A stretch of DNA of 64,000 nt from an uncultured virus (IMG/VR IMGVR_UViG_3300034155_000028) (taxonomy: Duplodnaviria > Heunggongvirae > Uroviricota > Caudoviricetes): the IMG/VR virus record IMGVR_UViG_3300034155_000028; one strand, 5' to 3'. Each line of letters starts with the position of its first letter. Positions within the stretch are counted from its first letter, which is position 1. The notes under the pieces were generated by a model, which had not been told where the DNA came from, searched no databases, and saw nothing but the letters and a program-made list of their open reading frames with translations. A program made the translations under genes and the position numbers. Positions 20,134 to 32,177 of this stretch are shown here, piece after piece.

Positions 20134-21518
20134 ATTAAAACCTCATTCGTCTTCTTCATCATCATCTTCGTTTTCGTTAGCAGAATCATCATATGTAATA
20201 TTTGGGAAATATACAACCATATCAAGTCCCATAGAATCCCACCTTGCACGCTCTACACAGTGTGCAATTTCATATTTATTATCATCATCAGCACTTTCAA
20301 TTAATGCCGCAAATACTTTCATAATATTGTTAACAGTTACACCTAAACATTTCTCACCATACATACAACGACCACTGTAAGGGTAACAATCAATTTCATT
20401 TGCCGTTAAAATATCTTGAATAATATGCATTATATAATTTCCTTTAAATTAAAAACCAACATCACCTTCAGTTGCCTCAGTATCTATTCCTAAATCAGTA
20501 TCTAATTCTTCTTCGTAATCTTTATATTGTTCTTCATCGTCATAAAATTCTTCTATGTATAACATGTTAAACCTAAATTCTGAAATATTTTTGCAACTTT
20601 TCAGTAGAAAGCCAAAAGGTTGACCTATAACCCAACTCACCCACTGGTCTACTTTCATTAACTTCCATTAAAAAATTAAATGTTTTATCGTCTTTTAAAA
20701 TAACCTTTAAATTGCAACCAGCAGCAATTTTACTACCATCAGATAAACTTTGGCGTGATTCAATTTCTTCTGCTTGAAAAGATTCGTAAGCCTTATATGT
20801 ACCCAGGTTTTGTATTCGATCAAATATTTTTTTTCTTTCATTCTCTGTATGTATTTGCCCTTTCTGTTTAGAATTATTTTTATCAGACACCACAAATTCT
20901 ACTTGATTATTATCTTGCTTAGGAAAATCACCATTACTTTCAGCTATCAATTGTTTAATTATTGGACGCGCTAAATAAAACATAACCAACGCAAATATAC
21001 AAATTATTAATAGAGTTAAATTCATTTTGTTTCCTTTACATTTACATTTTTGACATCTACTAAATAATTAAATTCAAAATCTGAAACGTTATTATCTTTA
21101 GGTTCACAAAAAGAAAAACCCTCTTCAACCTTAGTAGCACAATACCATTCATATATACCTGTAGGTTCTTTACTTAATACAAAAAGCTCCCCAGCAGAAT
21201 GTGTTTTTTCTGATTTTATATTTTTAATTAATTCTTCTAAACAGTTTGCAGAAATAAATTTATCTAAACTAAAACTAGAAAACTCTTCAGGAAGATTATA
21301 TAAATCTTCAGCTAAAATCCCATATTTAATTGTATCTGGCTCATCAATTGCTGTTATAATTTCCTTTAATACATTTCTAATTGTTTCCCCTTGATTTTGA
21401 GAAAGAACATTACAATTATTTAATATATGAATTGCTCTATTACATAGTAAATTAATTTTTTTATTTGAACAATTCATATCAATATGATCAATAGTCATTA
21501 TTTATTCCTTATAATTTA

Positions 21519-24500
21519 TTAAATTTCCCAAATACTAGAAAATCTTTCACCTAATTGCTTCCGATATCTCACCAAGACTCTTTCCAAAACCCTATATGAA
21601 ACTTCATCTTCATCTCTTAAACAAAACCCAATCCATCTCGCTATGAATGCATCAGCCTTATTGAAACCAATTCCATCACGCGTCTCGGCTCCATCACACA
21701 CACTTACCATATACTCTAATGCACTCCGTAATATTTCCTTCTTCTGAGCAGTTAGCTTTGGTTCGGGTACTTTCTTAGCCTTCTCTGATTCACGTACTAA
21801 TACTCCTTGAAGTTTCTCAAGAGCTATCTCTCGTTCTACTTCATCTCCAGCTGAATTAATACGAGCCATCATTTCTTCATTTGTCTCTTCCATTATCGTA
21901 ACTTCAAGCCTTGGTGGAGGAGGATTTAGTTTAATACTTACTTCCAATGCTCTGTATGCAAGCTCTATTTTATGAGCAAGTAAGTTTTGAATGTGCCGAT
22001 CAAGCGCATGGCTCGAGCTCATTCTCATAATCAATACATGTTTACCTACAGCGCCAATGCGAACAAGCCTATCTTCCGCTTGAATATTCAATGATGGTAC
22101 CCATTCTAGATCCACAAATAACATATTTGTTGATCTTGTAAGTGTTACGCCCATACCGCCAACTTTAATGGTAAGAGCAATACCTTTTAGTTTGCCCTCT
22201 TGAAAGTCACGAACAGTATTGCGCCGTTCTTCAGCTTCGGTATCTCCGGTAATTATCTTCCAACCAATACGATCTTTCAATGCTTCAATAGGTGCTTTGT
22301 GAGCACTGAATATTACTAATGGAGTTTCAGATTCTTCATAACTCTCCACAATCTCCAGCATCGCTGGAATTCGAGACTCAGCTAACATGGCTCGAATCAA
22401 TGAAAATTCGCTGAAACTCGGAAGCTCTTCCAAATCCAGTTCTTCGTAATTAATATTCTTCTTACCAGTTGTTTTACTAAGAAGAGCATCAATTTTCTTT
22501 GTTAGAGATCCGTCACAATCCACCTCAATATCTTGGTAAATTTTTGGTGGAAGATCCTTCAATACTTCAGACTTAAGCCGTCGTAACATAACCCGACGCA
22601 TACGTTCGGGCGCTTCAGGAGATGGCATACCAAATTCATAACCACCCCATTGATTTTTATACCCATTAAACAATTGCAGAAAATTCTCCCAGCTACCAAA
22701 CACATTAATATTTCCAGCTGAAAGAACTCCAAACAAATCTTGGGGGCGATTCATCAATGGCGTTCCAGATAACGCCCATACCCGATTACATAGACGCGTT
22801 AGTTGTGAAACCTTTTGAGTTCTAGCTGCCTTATAATTTTTACAAAGATGAAATTCGTCCCCAATAAAATTAGCTTCACGAAGTGCCGTTTCTTGTTCAA
22901 TAGTTAGATTAGCAACTAAGATTGATTTTCCTTTTTGAGAAACCTTTCCACTATCCTTTGCTGGTGTAAGATAATTGGGAAGTATGTCGTAGTTACAAAT
23001 AACAATTTCACCAGGTTCAGGAATCTTAAATGGTATTGCTTTAGTTTTCTTACCCTCGGCAAGAGCCTTGGTAACTGTTTCTTCTTTTCCGTTACAGATT
23101 GTAACTCGATAACTTGGCCTCCACATTGCAATTTCGTCACGCCAATTGTATTTGAGTGTTGCTGGGCATATTACCAATACTCTTTCATTTTCAGGTAAAG
23201 CAACCAATGCCTGAACCGTGTTGTGTGTTAAAATTCCATTTTCACATGCGTAAAGATGATCAGACGCCGCAACACTAATACAAACAGATTCAACATCCCG
23301 CACATAACGAATACCTATTATACGTCTAGTTGGCTTGCTTTTATTTCCTGGAACATAACGCTCGCTCTTTCTTTTAATTCTAAATGGTAAAATTGTTTCT
23401 GGTAGTTTTATGCGCACATGATATTCTGTTGGCTTTCCCTCTTTTGTTCGGTCATATGTACAAATAGTTGCCAACCCTCCAAGCTCACACACCAACCTAC
23501 AAACATCTTTAGCCAAATTAGATGACGTAGAATTAAAAGATACCTTGTTTCTTGTTTTTGAACATGAACCATCAGTATCCATAAGCCCCTGTAATAGAGC
23601 AATTCGAGATTCTGGCGACCCAAAAAAATAGCGCTTTGGAATACTCTTTACAGGACTTGGAACATTAGCTCCAAGTTGCCTGATCAGACCAACAGCATTT
23701 TTAATTACAATACGAGTTGCTCCACCATATGTATGTACGGCTCCAATAGTGATGTTTTCTTTTTCAAGAAAATATATAAATTCATCTTTGTCTAACGAAT
23801 TAACAGTAAGAGTCGTTCCAGCGTCTGTTAAATATCCATTTCCAAGTAATGCTCCCATTGTATATGGAGGAATGATTAACTCATCAAGAGGTTTGAACAC
23901 TACAGCTCCAGATAGAATGGGTAAGTATAATCTTGTTTTGGAAAGATTTAGCTTACCAATCGATCTTCCTGGCCATTTTGTTTCAATAACATCGCCGGTG
24001 CGAATATTGTTTGTTGTTACTACAATACGATGTAATCTACGACCTCCAATGTAATAATCTACAGCCCAAAGATGTTCAGGTCCAGATTCAACCTCTAACC
24101 CATCACTAAAAGTTAGCGCGTAACTTGGTTTAATTCCTTGTGGGAAAACGCCAGTTACTATTGTTGGAAAGCCATCGGATCCAATAACATAATCCCCAAC
24201 AGATAATGTACCAATTTGAACAATACCATTTGGCGTAAGAACCAGCGTATCAATTGCCTGTTGCTTGCCGACACCCATGTCATCTCCCAATAAAGCTTTA
24301 TCATGTAAAGCCAGAAACTGAACCCCAACCTTTTGAAATGGAAATAATTGTTTTCCATTATACGTTTTGTTAGCCCTGATCTCTGCAGCTTTACTTTCTA
24401 CTGTTCCTTCTTTTGCTTTATCACGTAATGACTGAGGGACATCCAAAGATAATTGATCTGCAATTTCAACCACCCTTGGAAGATCACCTGGTTTTAAAGA

Positions 24501-24779
24501 ACATGACCATTGTTTTGTTTCAGGTATCCACTTAGCCCCAGGTAAAGATTTTAATAAAATAATTGACCCAGGATCGTATGGCATTATAATAAAACCGTCT
24601 TCTGTAATTTTACGTTCTTGTGGAGCGTTTGGATCTGGTAAACCAAGACGTTTAAAACAAGCAGATGAATTACATACCTTAATCCACTTCATACCTTGCT
24701 TAGCTGCAAATCCTTCATCTGCTGATAATTGCTTACTACAAGAAGTACATTTTCCAGCATAACGATTTTTAATTATCAT
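21519..24779 (-). CDS. SNF2-family (HARP/SMARCAL1-like) helicase/ATPase containing an intein
   Basis: FQKVGV, GDDMGVGK|T Walker A, ICPATLKYNW, DEFH, LSGTPLMN, RRLKSEVLKDLP, QAEDRLVRIG. Confidence 0.92.
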   Translation of the reverse strand: MIIKNRYAGKCTSCSKQLSADEGFAAKQGMKWIKVCNSSACFKRLGLPDPNAPQERKITEDGFIIMPYDPGSIILLKSLPGAKWIPETKQWSCSLKPGDLPRVVEIADQLSLDVPQSLRDKAKEGTVESKAAEIRANKTYNGKQLFPFQKVGVQFLALHDKALLGDDMGVGKQQAIDTLVLTPNGIVQIGTLSVGDYVIGSDGFPTIVTGVFPQGIKPSYALTFSDGLEVESGPEHLWAVDYYIGGRRLHRIVVTTNNIRTGDVIETKWPGRSIGKLNLSKTRLYLPILSGAVVFKPLDELIIPPYTMGALLGNGYLTDAGTTLTVNSLDKDEFIYFLEKENITIGAVHTYGGATRIVIKNAVGLIRQLGANVPSPVKSIPKRYFFGSPESRIALLQGLMDTDGSCSKTRNKVSFNSTSSNLAKDVCRLVCELGGLATICTYDRTKEGKPTEYHVRIKLPETILPFRIKRKSERYVPGNKSKPTRRIIGIRYVRDVESVCISVAASDHLYACENGILTHNTVQALVALPENERVLVICPATLKYNWRDEIAMWRPSYRVTICNGKEETVTKALAEGKKTKAIPFKIPEPGEIVICNYDILPNYLTPAKDSGKVSQKGKSILVANLTIEQETALREANFIGDEFHLCKNYKAARTQKVSQLTRLCNRVWALSGTPLMNRPQDLFGVLSAGNINVFGSWENFLQLFNGYKNQWGGYEFGMPSPEAPERMRRVMLRRLKSEVLKDLPPKIYQDIEVDCDGSLTKKIDALLSKTTGKKNINYEELDLEELPSFSEFSLIRAMLAESRIPAMLEIVESYEESETPLVIFSAHKAPIEALKDRIGWKIITGDTEAEERRNTVRDFQEGKLKGIALTIKVGGMGVTLTRSTNMLFVDLEWVPSLNIQAEDRLVRIGAVGKHVLIMRMSSSHALDRHIQNLLAHKIELAYRALEVSIKLNPPPPRLEVTIMEETNEEMMARINSAGDEVEREIALEKLQGVLVRESEKAKKVPEPKLTAQKKEILRSALEYMVSVCDGAETRDGIGFNKADAFIARWIGFCLRDEDEVSYRVLERVLVRYRKQLGERFSSIWEI
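23220..24263 (-). mobile_element. 348-aa intein with LAGLIDADG homing endonuclease and class 3 signature
   Basis: Inserted between K and T of Walker A; starts Q-QAIDT; block B EHLW; LAGLIDADG helices MGALLGNG and LQGLMDTDG; block F VCISV; ends THN followed by Thr. Confidence 0.88.
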
Positions 24780-25855
24780 AACAAAATCTCCTTAATACCA
24801 TTCAATATTTACAAAATCTTGTAATGTTTTATTACTAAAGAATTTGGTAAGTTTTTTACTTGTCTTGACACATGATTTCCATAATGCTTTTTCTTTTATC
24901 GAATCAATATTAGTACCAAATTCTCTAGAGTATTCTTCATATGTATAATCTCCACAATTCATATCAATAGATAAACATTGTAATACGTCTTGTATGTCTG
25001 GATATTTAATAGCGCTTCCTGTGTGAAAATCTATTTCTAAACTTTTCTTTTTATAATTTAATGTTATAAAGTAATGTTTGGAATCTTTGTGCCAACCTGT
25101 AATTGGATCTCCGTTAAGAAGTTTACCAGTACGGTTTTCTTTTACACTCATTCCAATATTATATTTTAATATAAATTGGGCAATTGTCATATTTTCATAA
25201 GAAACATCAAATTTCATAACGTTAAACCTTTTCGTTAACAGGATTAGAGATCATAGACAAATCATATTCAGCCGCACCCCTCAGCATCTTCTTTGGTAAA
25301 AAACCCTTCAGACCACAATACATCACCTTCATAATCTATTGGTTCAAAATACCAAAATGTTTCAATCGCTGGATTATTATAAATATCTATTTGTTGTGTG
25401 TTAATACCAAGAAACACTCTATAATTTTTGTGTTCCATTTGTTTCTTTTTCTTTCATATACTGTACGCATAACTTCATTATTACTTTTGTAATTTCTCCA
25501 CCAGGAATAACTATATTCAATCTCATAGTCTCTGTTTTTTTTTGTCCGCTTCCAATAACGTTTTTGCTATTGGTTCAAATTTTTCTAATACATATTTATC
25601 TATTTCTGCTTTTCTAAAATCAATTTTTTTAGATTGAATATATAATTCTTCAGAACTTAATTCTTGTACCGGAATTGAAAAATCTAATTTCTTTGTCCAA
25701 AGTTCAAATACAGATAACAATCTTTCGTAACTAGGTGATGTTTTTAATTCTTTTTTTGCACTTGTTAAATTAGAATTAGTATATCTCACCGATAAAACAT
25801 ACAGACTGTACTGTTTCATTTTATCTAAAAAACTTAAAGTCTCTTCTAAATTCAT

Positions 25856-26590
25856 TTATCCACCCAATACCTTTAATATTCTGTTAACGTTTTTAACTTT
25901 AGTACCATGAGAATGAAAACCAACAATTACTTTTCTGTCTTTAATACACAAACCACAACGAATACATTGCATATTATTTTTATCATCTTCAGCAGGACAA
26001 GCTATTATATGTCGTCCCTTTGGCGTTTTCATTTTATTTGGAGCATCACTTGGTATTACTAATACTACAGGCGCTATATCTAAATCTATTAATCTATCAG
26101 CTTCTTTTATAGAGTCTGCACTTAAATTAATTTTGAATCCGCTTTTGTTTGATGCATAAATTGCTGTAGCATTTACTAGCGCTAAACCTTTGTTGCCAAC
26201 TGGTTTGTGCGTATATGTAAATCCATTTGCTCTAGCTTTTTTATTAGCATTAACCAATTGCTGTAGTTTTAATAAATCAATTTGATTTCCTTCCCCAGGT
26301 AAATCACCAGCGGTATTATGTCTCCAAATTTGCTCTTTAGGAAGCCTGGATACTTTATCACAAAAAACATCCCATGTTATAGGTTGTATACATTTCTTTT
26401 TAGCTAAAGAATTATAATACCCATTATTTTCTAACGACTCCCACATGAATCCTAATGGAGAATAATATGGATAACAAGATTTAGATTCTTTATAAGGACA
26501 TATAGTAGGACAGCTTTTTTGTTCTGTCATACTGTTTGGGATAGGCCCTGTTTTTCTATTAGAAGATATTAGTGTGAAACTTACTAACAT
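25856..26590 (-). CDS. Cys-rich phage protein, possible Fe-S/radical-SAM-like enzyme
   Basis: SNRKTG, SCPTICP...CY, RHNTAGDL, FTYTH, NLSADS, CPA...CIRCGLC, GFHSHG. Confidence 0.55.
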   Translation of the reverse strand: MLVSFTLISSNRKTGPIPNSMTEQKSCPTICPYKESKSCYPYYSPLGFMWESLENNGYYNSLAKKKCIQPITWDVFCDKVSRLPKEQIWRHNTAGDLPGEGNQIDLLKLQQLVNANKKARANGFTYTHKPVGNKGLALVNATAIYASNKSGFKINLSADSIKEADRLIDLDIAPVVLVIPSDAPNKMKTPKGRHIIACPAEDDKNNMQCIRCGLCIKDRKVIVGFHSHGTKVKNVNRILKVLGG

Positions 26591-26850
26591 TATAATACTT
26601 TCTGTAAACCTTGATCTAGTTGTTGTGTAATTGATTTACAACATTCTTCCTGGGTTTCAAAAAATAAACTTTCACAAAGTCTTTCTTTTGTATCTGTATT
26701 AATAACTATTGCTTTCCAGGACTTACTTCCTAACATCGCATACCAAACCCTTACAGGTTGATTTGGAAATTTTAACATTGCATTGTGTGTTGCAAACATT
26801 GAAAGATCTAACATTTTTATTTATCCTTTGTGAAAATTAATACAGAAAAG

Positions 26851-26884
26851 AAAAAAGGGCTGGTATTTCTACCAACCCTTTTTA
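26851..26884 (-). terminator. Rho-independent terminator (potentially bidirectional)
   Basis: A6-GGGCTGGTA-TTTC-TACCAACCC-T6. Confidence 0.8.
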
Positions 26885-26904
26885 ATTGCTACGAACTTAT
26901 TAAA

Positions 26905-27528
26905 TTACTCAGCTACGGTTTCAACAACCTCAGGAGCAACTTCGGTTTCCGTAGTAATTGTCTCAACTTCACCTTCAGGATTGGCAGTAGCTTCTGCAAC
27001 CTCAGTTTCAACAGGAGCGTCACCTACATCTACAGTAAGCTTGGGCTTATTCTTGCTTCCAGCGGGACGACCACGACTACGCTTGGGAGCATTGGGGTCA
27101 ACGACCTTCGGTTCCTTAGGAGTCTTGGGGGTCTTAGCAGGCTTCTCAACTTTGCCCGCTGCTTGCTTACGAACATTATAAACAAGTACTGGTTCAATCT
27201 CCAAACCTAAAACCTTTCCAGCTTCGCAAACCTGCTTAGCATTTAGACTAGAATCACAATCACGAATGAATTGTGATGCACTACGTTCGGTACCATCATT
27301 TGTCTTCTGGCGATTAATCATACGCTTTCCTTCTTTGTTTTCAGTTGGCTTCTTTTCAGTGGGCTTCTTAGCTGTTTTATTTGCGGGCTTAGCAGCAATC
27401 TTTGTAGTAAGTGTTCCAGCAATCTCGGAAGCAACTTGCTGACGGAAATGTGCAGCAAGTACTTCTTGAGTCTCGGTGGCTAGGGTGGAAAGAATCGAGA
27501 GAGCAAGGTTCTTGTTTGAAGTTGTCAT
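26905..27528 (-). CDS. Lys/Pro/Ala-rich histone-like protein with AT-hook and acidic tail
   Basis: KPAKTPKTPK, KRSRGRPAGSKNKPK, Glu-rich C-terminus; has its own promoter and terminator. Confidence 0.7.
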   Translation of the reverse strand: MTTSNKNLALSILSTLATETQEVLAAHFRQQVASEIAGTLTTKIAAKPANKTAKKPTEKKPTENKEGKRMINRQKTNDGTERSASQFIRDCDSSLNAKQVCEAGKVLGLEIEPVLVYNVRKQAAGKVEKPAKTPKTPKEPKVVDPNAPKRSRGRPAGSKNKPKLTVDVGDAPVETEVAEATANPEGEVETITTETEVAPEVVETVAE

Positions 27529-27584
27529 TTTTATAATATATCCTTTTCTTTTTCTATGGTGTGGTTTCCCACGTTGTTTGTTTC

Positions 27585-27613
27585 AATATAAGTTATTGTG
27601 GTATCAAATGCAA
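27585..27613 (-). promoter_or_regulatory. Sigma70-like promoter for 26905..27528
   Basis: TTGCAT-N17-TATATT on the minus strand. Confidence 0.65.
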
Positions 27614-27735
27614 GTATGAAATATAAATAAGATTAAGTACAAGACATTAGTTTTTTTTTCTTGTGTAAACTGTTTTTAGGTGTCTTGTATGGTCCGAAAT
27701 AATTACCTGATACTACGATCTTTTTTTGATTTTAA

Positions 27736-27888
27736 CTAAACAGCCGCCATTGAAGAACGACCGTCCAGAGAGTACGGACTCGATTGCAAGGTTGAACCGC
27801 TTCGAACTTGTCCAGTATGAGCTAATCTTGTTCGCTCAATCAACAGGGCTTGCAAGTCATATGGGTTGGCCGAAATTTTCTTTTGCAT
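27736..27888 (-). CDS. Small 50-aa ORF (MQKKISANP...), below the ORF track cutoff
   Basis: ATG...TAG frame with AAGGA upstream; GC-richer than its flanks. Confidence 0.4.
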   Translation of the reverse strand: MQKKISANPYDLQALLIERTRLAHTGQVRSGSTLQSSPYSLDGRSSMAAV

Positions 27889-29183
27889 ATAATTAGAGGT
27901 CCTTAATTGGAGTTGAACTAATTTCAGTTAGAGTATTTGTATGTATTGATGTAATCATGTTTAACCCTTATTAAATAAAGCCCATCATCTATCAACTCGA
28001 ACACCTCCGAAATCACGGTCAGAGGGCCGGTCTCTTCACACTGGCGTGTATTATTTCATACACACATATATTTCGCACGTATGTATATTAACTCTTCGCT
28101 TTTGTTTTCTTACTAATATGTTTTTTATTTACCTTTTTTGTATTTCTTTTTTTCTGTGCAGCTTCATAAAGAACTTTTGAATATCCTGATTTCCAATCAT
28201 TGGATTGTTTCAATTCAGCTTCGGGGTTTTGAGGAATTAAATACACTCGATATGTGTTTTTATTATTCTCATCATAAACTCTAATACCACTAAACCCACC
28301 GCCAACAGTAAGCAGATCAAGTAATTCCTTTATCAAACCCACAGTTTCATTACGCGAAAGATAAATTGTTTTAGCATCTTCTGTATCAATTGATTTCTTT
28401 GTTTTAATTTGTGTTGCCATTCAACCTTTATTAGATTCTTTATTATTAATCCATTTAACGGCTTCGCTCTGAACTTCTTCAATAGTACTACCAGTTGATT
28501 GAAATACTGGATAACCATCTATTCCAATGTCAAGTTGGTAATATGCAGGACTCATCTTTGCCATATTAGTAAACGCATCCTGGCTACGACTTACCCTTTG
28601 TCTATTATAGATAATCGAGTAAGCACGATTTTCAAATTGGGTTGCTCCAATCCATTGATGAATCATTTCTATATCAGTCATATAATTTCCTTTATATTTC
28701 GCACGAATATATTAATTATTATATTTTTTTATTTATCCAGTTAAAAATACATGGACCAAATATAGTTTTTAAAGCCTCTTCATAAATATATTGTTTCCAA
28801 TTATCATCTAACTCAACAACATTACTGTTTATCTCGAAAATATATTCTTGACACATTCTAATTAAATTATTAAAATCTGGTTGAGGTACAGGTTTTGGAA
28901 CTTCAAGAAGTTGTTTCCTACGTTCCAATTCTTCTTCTAATTGAGCCGTTGTTAAATTTATCAAAACATTTTCCTTTGCTAATTTGTTTCAGAAACCACA
29001 ACATCTTTTTCATTTAACTTAATCCACATCACAGACTCTGCTAAGTCTGCCTGGTCCAATAAATTAGATATTAATATTTCTGATTCTAATTTTTCAGCAG
29101 GTGTTTGATCTGTTTGCACAAGCTGTAGTTCTAAGGCTTTAGCATGTTCCTCACGATAATATTTTACATCTTCCCAATATCTA

Positions 29184-29696
29184 TTAATGTTGTCCATTAA
29201 CAATGCCTTCTGTTACAGTTATAATTTTTGATTTAATTAATTTATATGTTTTGCCATCACTTAAAGCCACACCAGATAAAGGAGATAAATTAGTTATTAC
29301 AAATTTATTTGGTGTAGATTTTTTAAGTGTTACTATTTTACCAATGTCTAATTTTTTTATTAGCTCTTTATTCTCTTTTTGTTTTTGCCAATATAATTCT
29401 ACTGATTGTCTCCACATTGGTTCTTGAACTTCGGTTTGTTTTAAAAACTGAAGTGGACATCTAACATAAAAAGGATATTGAGATTCTGTAATATCTTTAT
29501 AACCCCAGATACCATCTTGTTTTTGTAATAGGAATAAAATTATTTCTTTCTTACGTGTTATAAGGTTTTCCCAAATAGTCCAAAGCTCTTCTCCTTTAAG
29601 GGATTTTTTCAAAAATTTAATACTAGTTCCGTTTTTACAAATCTGTTGAATGATTTGGTTTTTATCTATACAATTATAAGAAAATGTCCATCCCAT
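29184..29696 (-). CDS. Hypothetical protein (MGW...WGYKDxxE family)
   Basis: MGWTF, WGYKDITESQYPFYVRCP. Confidence 0.6.
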   Translation of the reverse strand: MGWTFSYNCIDKNQIIQQICKNGTSIKFLKKSLKGEELWTIWENLITRKKEIILFLLQKQDGIWGYKDITESQYPFYVRCPLQFLKQTEVQEPMWRQSVELYWQKQKENKELIKKLDIGKIVTLKKSTPNKFVITNLSPLSGVALSDGKTYKLIKSKIITVTEGIVNGQH

Positions 29697-30400
29697 ATTT
29701 CTCCTTAAAGGAAATTTTTACTATAAGCTGTTATAGCAAACTCTTCTTGATTATAACCATTATAATCATCTAAATCATCATCTAAAACATCTTTATTACT
29801 TTCAACATATTCCCAAGAAGAATATGCTTTTTCTTCAATGCTATTTGTTTCACGTTCGGTTAAACACCCATCCCATAATGTTTTTTCATTTCCATTAATA
29901 ACATATATAAGATCTGTGATTTCTGCTGAGCCAGCTTCTTCTTGGTAACAAAATTCTGAAGGGGCTAAATATTCTCCAGGAATAAAAGGACTAATATTAA
30001 ACTCTGCCTCTAATAAAATTTCCTCTAGTTCTTGGTTTTGATTTTGTCGTTCAATTGTGAATTGATAATTATATTGCATATTACCTCAAATCAAATTCTT
30101 CCCAGGCTTCATTGTTCCAAGTATAAATAATATTACCACTCTTATTACTTATTAATTCGTAAAATTGTTTTGGTGGGGTAATATCAAAATTTATTAAAAC
30201 AGATTTAATTTTATCTAAATCTCTACAAAACCCTAATTGAGAAAACCCATCATAAAAAACATGATCACTTAGACAAAAGCCGGTTTCATTTAGGGCATGA
30301 TCATTATAAATTGTAAGGTGATAATATGATTGTGGTGGGTCCCAACCACTCACAACTTTAATTACTTCATTATTGTGTATTGTTTTAAATTCTATTATAC

Positions 30401-30949
30401 TCATGTTGTTACCAAAGAATTTTTATATTTATCTACAATCTCTTGGCATTCTTTTGTTAAAGATATATTATCTAACTTAAGTTTATACCAATCATCTCCA
30501 AAGTTTTCAAATACTTCTAATTGTTTTTCTCTTAGATTGCCAATACTATGATAAACATATCTGCATTCAATACCATTATCAAGAAGTATTGTTGCCATCT
30601 CATCATTTAGATTTTCACACAACCATGCAATATCAGGTTGTGTTGTAAAAAAGTTTATATTGTTTTTTAGAAAATCTATTAAAAACTTATATGTAACCGG
30701 TGATGTGTTTTCAAACTCTGTTTGTAAAAACTCATCCCATGAAAGTTTATCTAAACTAATTATTTCTCTTGATAATTGTTCTAAATCAATACTTCTATTT
30801 TCTACAAACCCATAAATAAAATCACCATGAATTACAGAAAGCGATATACAATCTTCTCTATTTAATCCCCAGTCTTCTGGGTGTAATTCTCTTTCGTAGT
30901 TAGAAAATACGATCCGACATAATTCAATTGCTTTTTGTGTTAGATTCAT
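30401..30949 (-). CDS. Hypothetical protein, paralogue of 5519..6073
   Basis: Shared blocks; ends NSLVTT, which is encoded by the dispersed motif. Confidence 0.65.
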   Translation of the reverse strand: MNLTQKAIELCRIVFSNYERELHPEDWGLNREDCISLSVIHGDFIYGFVENRSIDLEQLSREIISLDKLSWDEFLQTEFENTSPVTYKFLIDFLKNNINFFTTQPDIAWLCENLNDEMATILLDNGIECRYVYHSIGNLREKQLEVFENFGDDWYKLKLDNISLTKECQEIVDKYKNSLVTT

Positions 30950-31949
30950 TTTATTATTTTCTTATATATAAAACCTCTTCAATATATTTATATTCTTGTT
31001 GAGTTAATTCTTTACCATCAACTTTATGTACCCATAAACAATAAGACGTTGTTTCTCCTGTTCTATAATCTTCTTCACCATCTGAAATTAACCAACTATT
31101 TTTATCCCTATTACTAGACGACCACTCTACCCAACAATGATCGCTTACGTTTCTTAATAAATCACTAAGAATTGTATAACTATCACTGTGTTCATTTATC
31201 CATCCTGTATCTTCAAATTCTCCAACCTCAGCTGATTCATGTGTTACTATTTCATATGTCATTTGGAAATAATAACCTTGCCAACTCTCCCTGTCTTGAT
31301 CGTTTAATTCTTCAAACTCTTCATCTGAAAAAATATTTTGTACCATTTTAACCCTGTTTTCCATCAATAAATCTATCAGGCTCACAACCAAACGTTTCTT
31401 TAACCCATTGTAAGCCATGTCCTTTTTGCAATTCAATTTTTACACATGGTATATAATTCATATTTGGGAAGTTTGACGGAGCATCAATATCAAGAAACAC
31501 AGTATCAACACTTGGAAACCCTACAAGTAAAGTAATGTTTTCATAATTTCTTTCTAAATCATCCAAAATATTATGAAGCTGTACTATTTGTAACTCTTCC
31601 GATGTCTCTATTGTTGGTAGTTTTTTTGTTCCAAGATTTGATTTTCGATTATTGCTTTTAATTTCCGTAGCTGAAAAAGCACCAATAGAATAATCTACCC
31701 AAATAATAAACCTATAGTTTTTAATTACATATCCATTTCTACATTTCCATAATGTTCTTAATGAGTTGTGAACAATATGATTGTATTCAGGATATTCTTT
31801 AATTCTTTCTTCTGCTTCTTCTTCTGAAACAAGTTCCCTAAAAGATCCGTTCATTGGATATTTACCAAAATTATTTGCCGCCCTATGTGTTTCAATCAAA
31901 CACATTGGCATAATTTCAACAATAACTGTTCTTTGAGGAAATATATTTG

Positions 31950-32177
31950 TCACTGATTCTTTGGCCTTTGTGTAATAATACCATGTGTAACATCATATGG
32001 AGATACCGATACTTTAACCTTATCTCCAGGAATTACTCTGATTTTATTTAATTTCATTTTACCACATAGTCTGGCACGAATTGTCTGAGCGCTATCGGTT
32101 AAATCAATTGTATATTGACCACCGCCATCAGCAGACCTAAGAACTCCATCAAACTCAATTAAATCACCTTTGCTCAT
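31950..32177 (-). CDS. infA: Translation initiation factor IF-1 homologue
   Basis: MSKGDLIEFDGV...ARLCGKMKLNKIRVIPGDKVKVSVSPYDVTHGIIT; start taken at ATG 32177. Confidence 0.9.
   Translation of the reverse strand: MSKGDLIEFDGVLRSADGGGQYTIDLTDSAQTIRARLCGKMKLNKIRVIPGDKVKVSVSPYDVTHGIITQRPKNQ

Noticed and set aside
27895..27930. T-loop-like GTTCAACT segment as a tRNA remnant
   Set aside because: The stem is imperfect and no matching acceptor 5' strand or other arms were found
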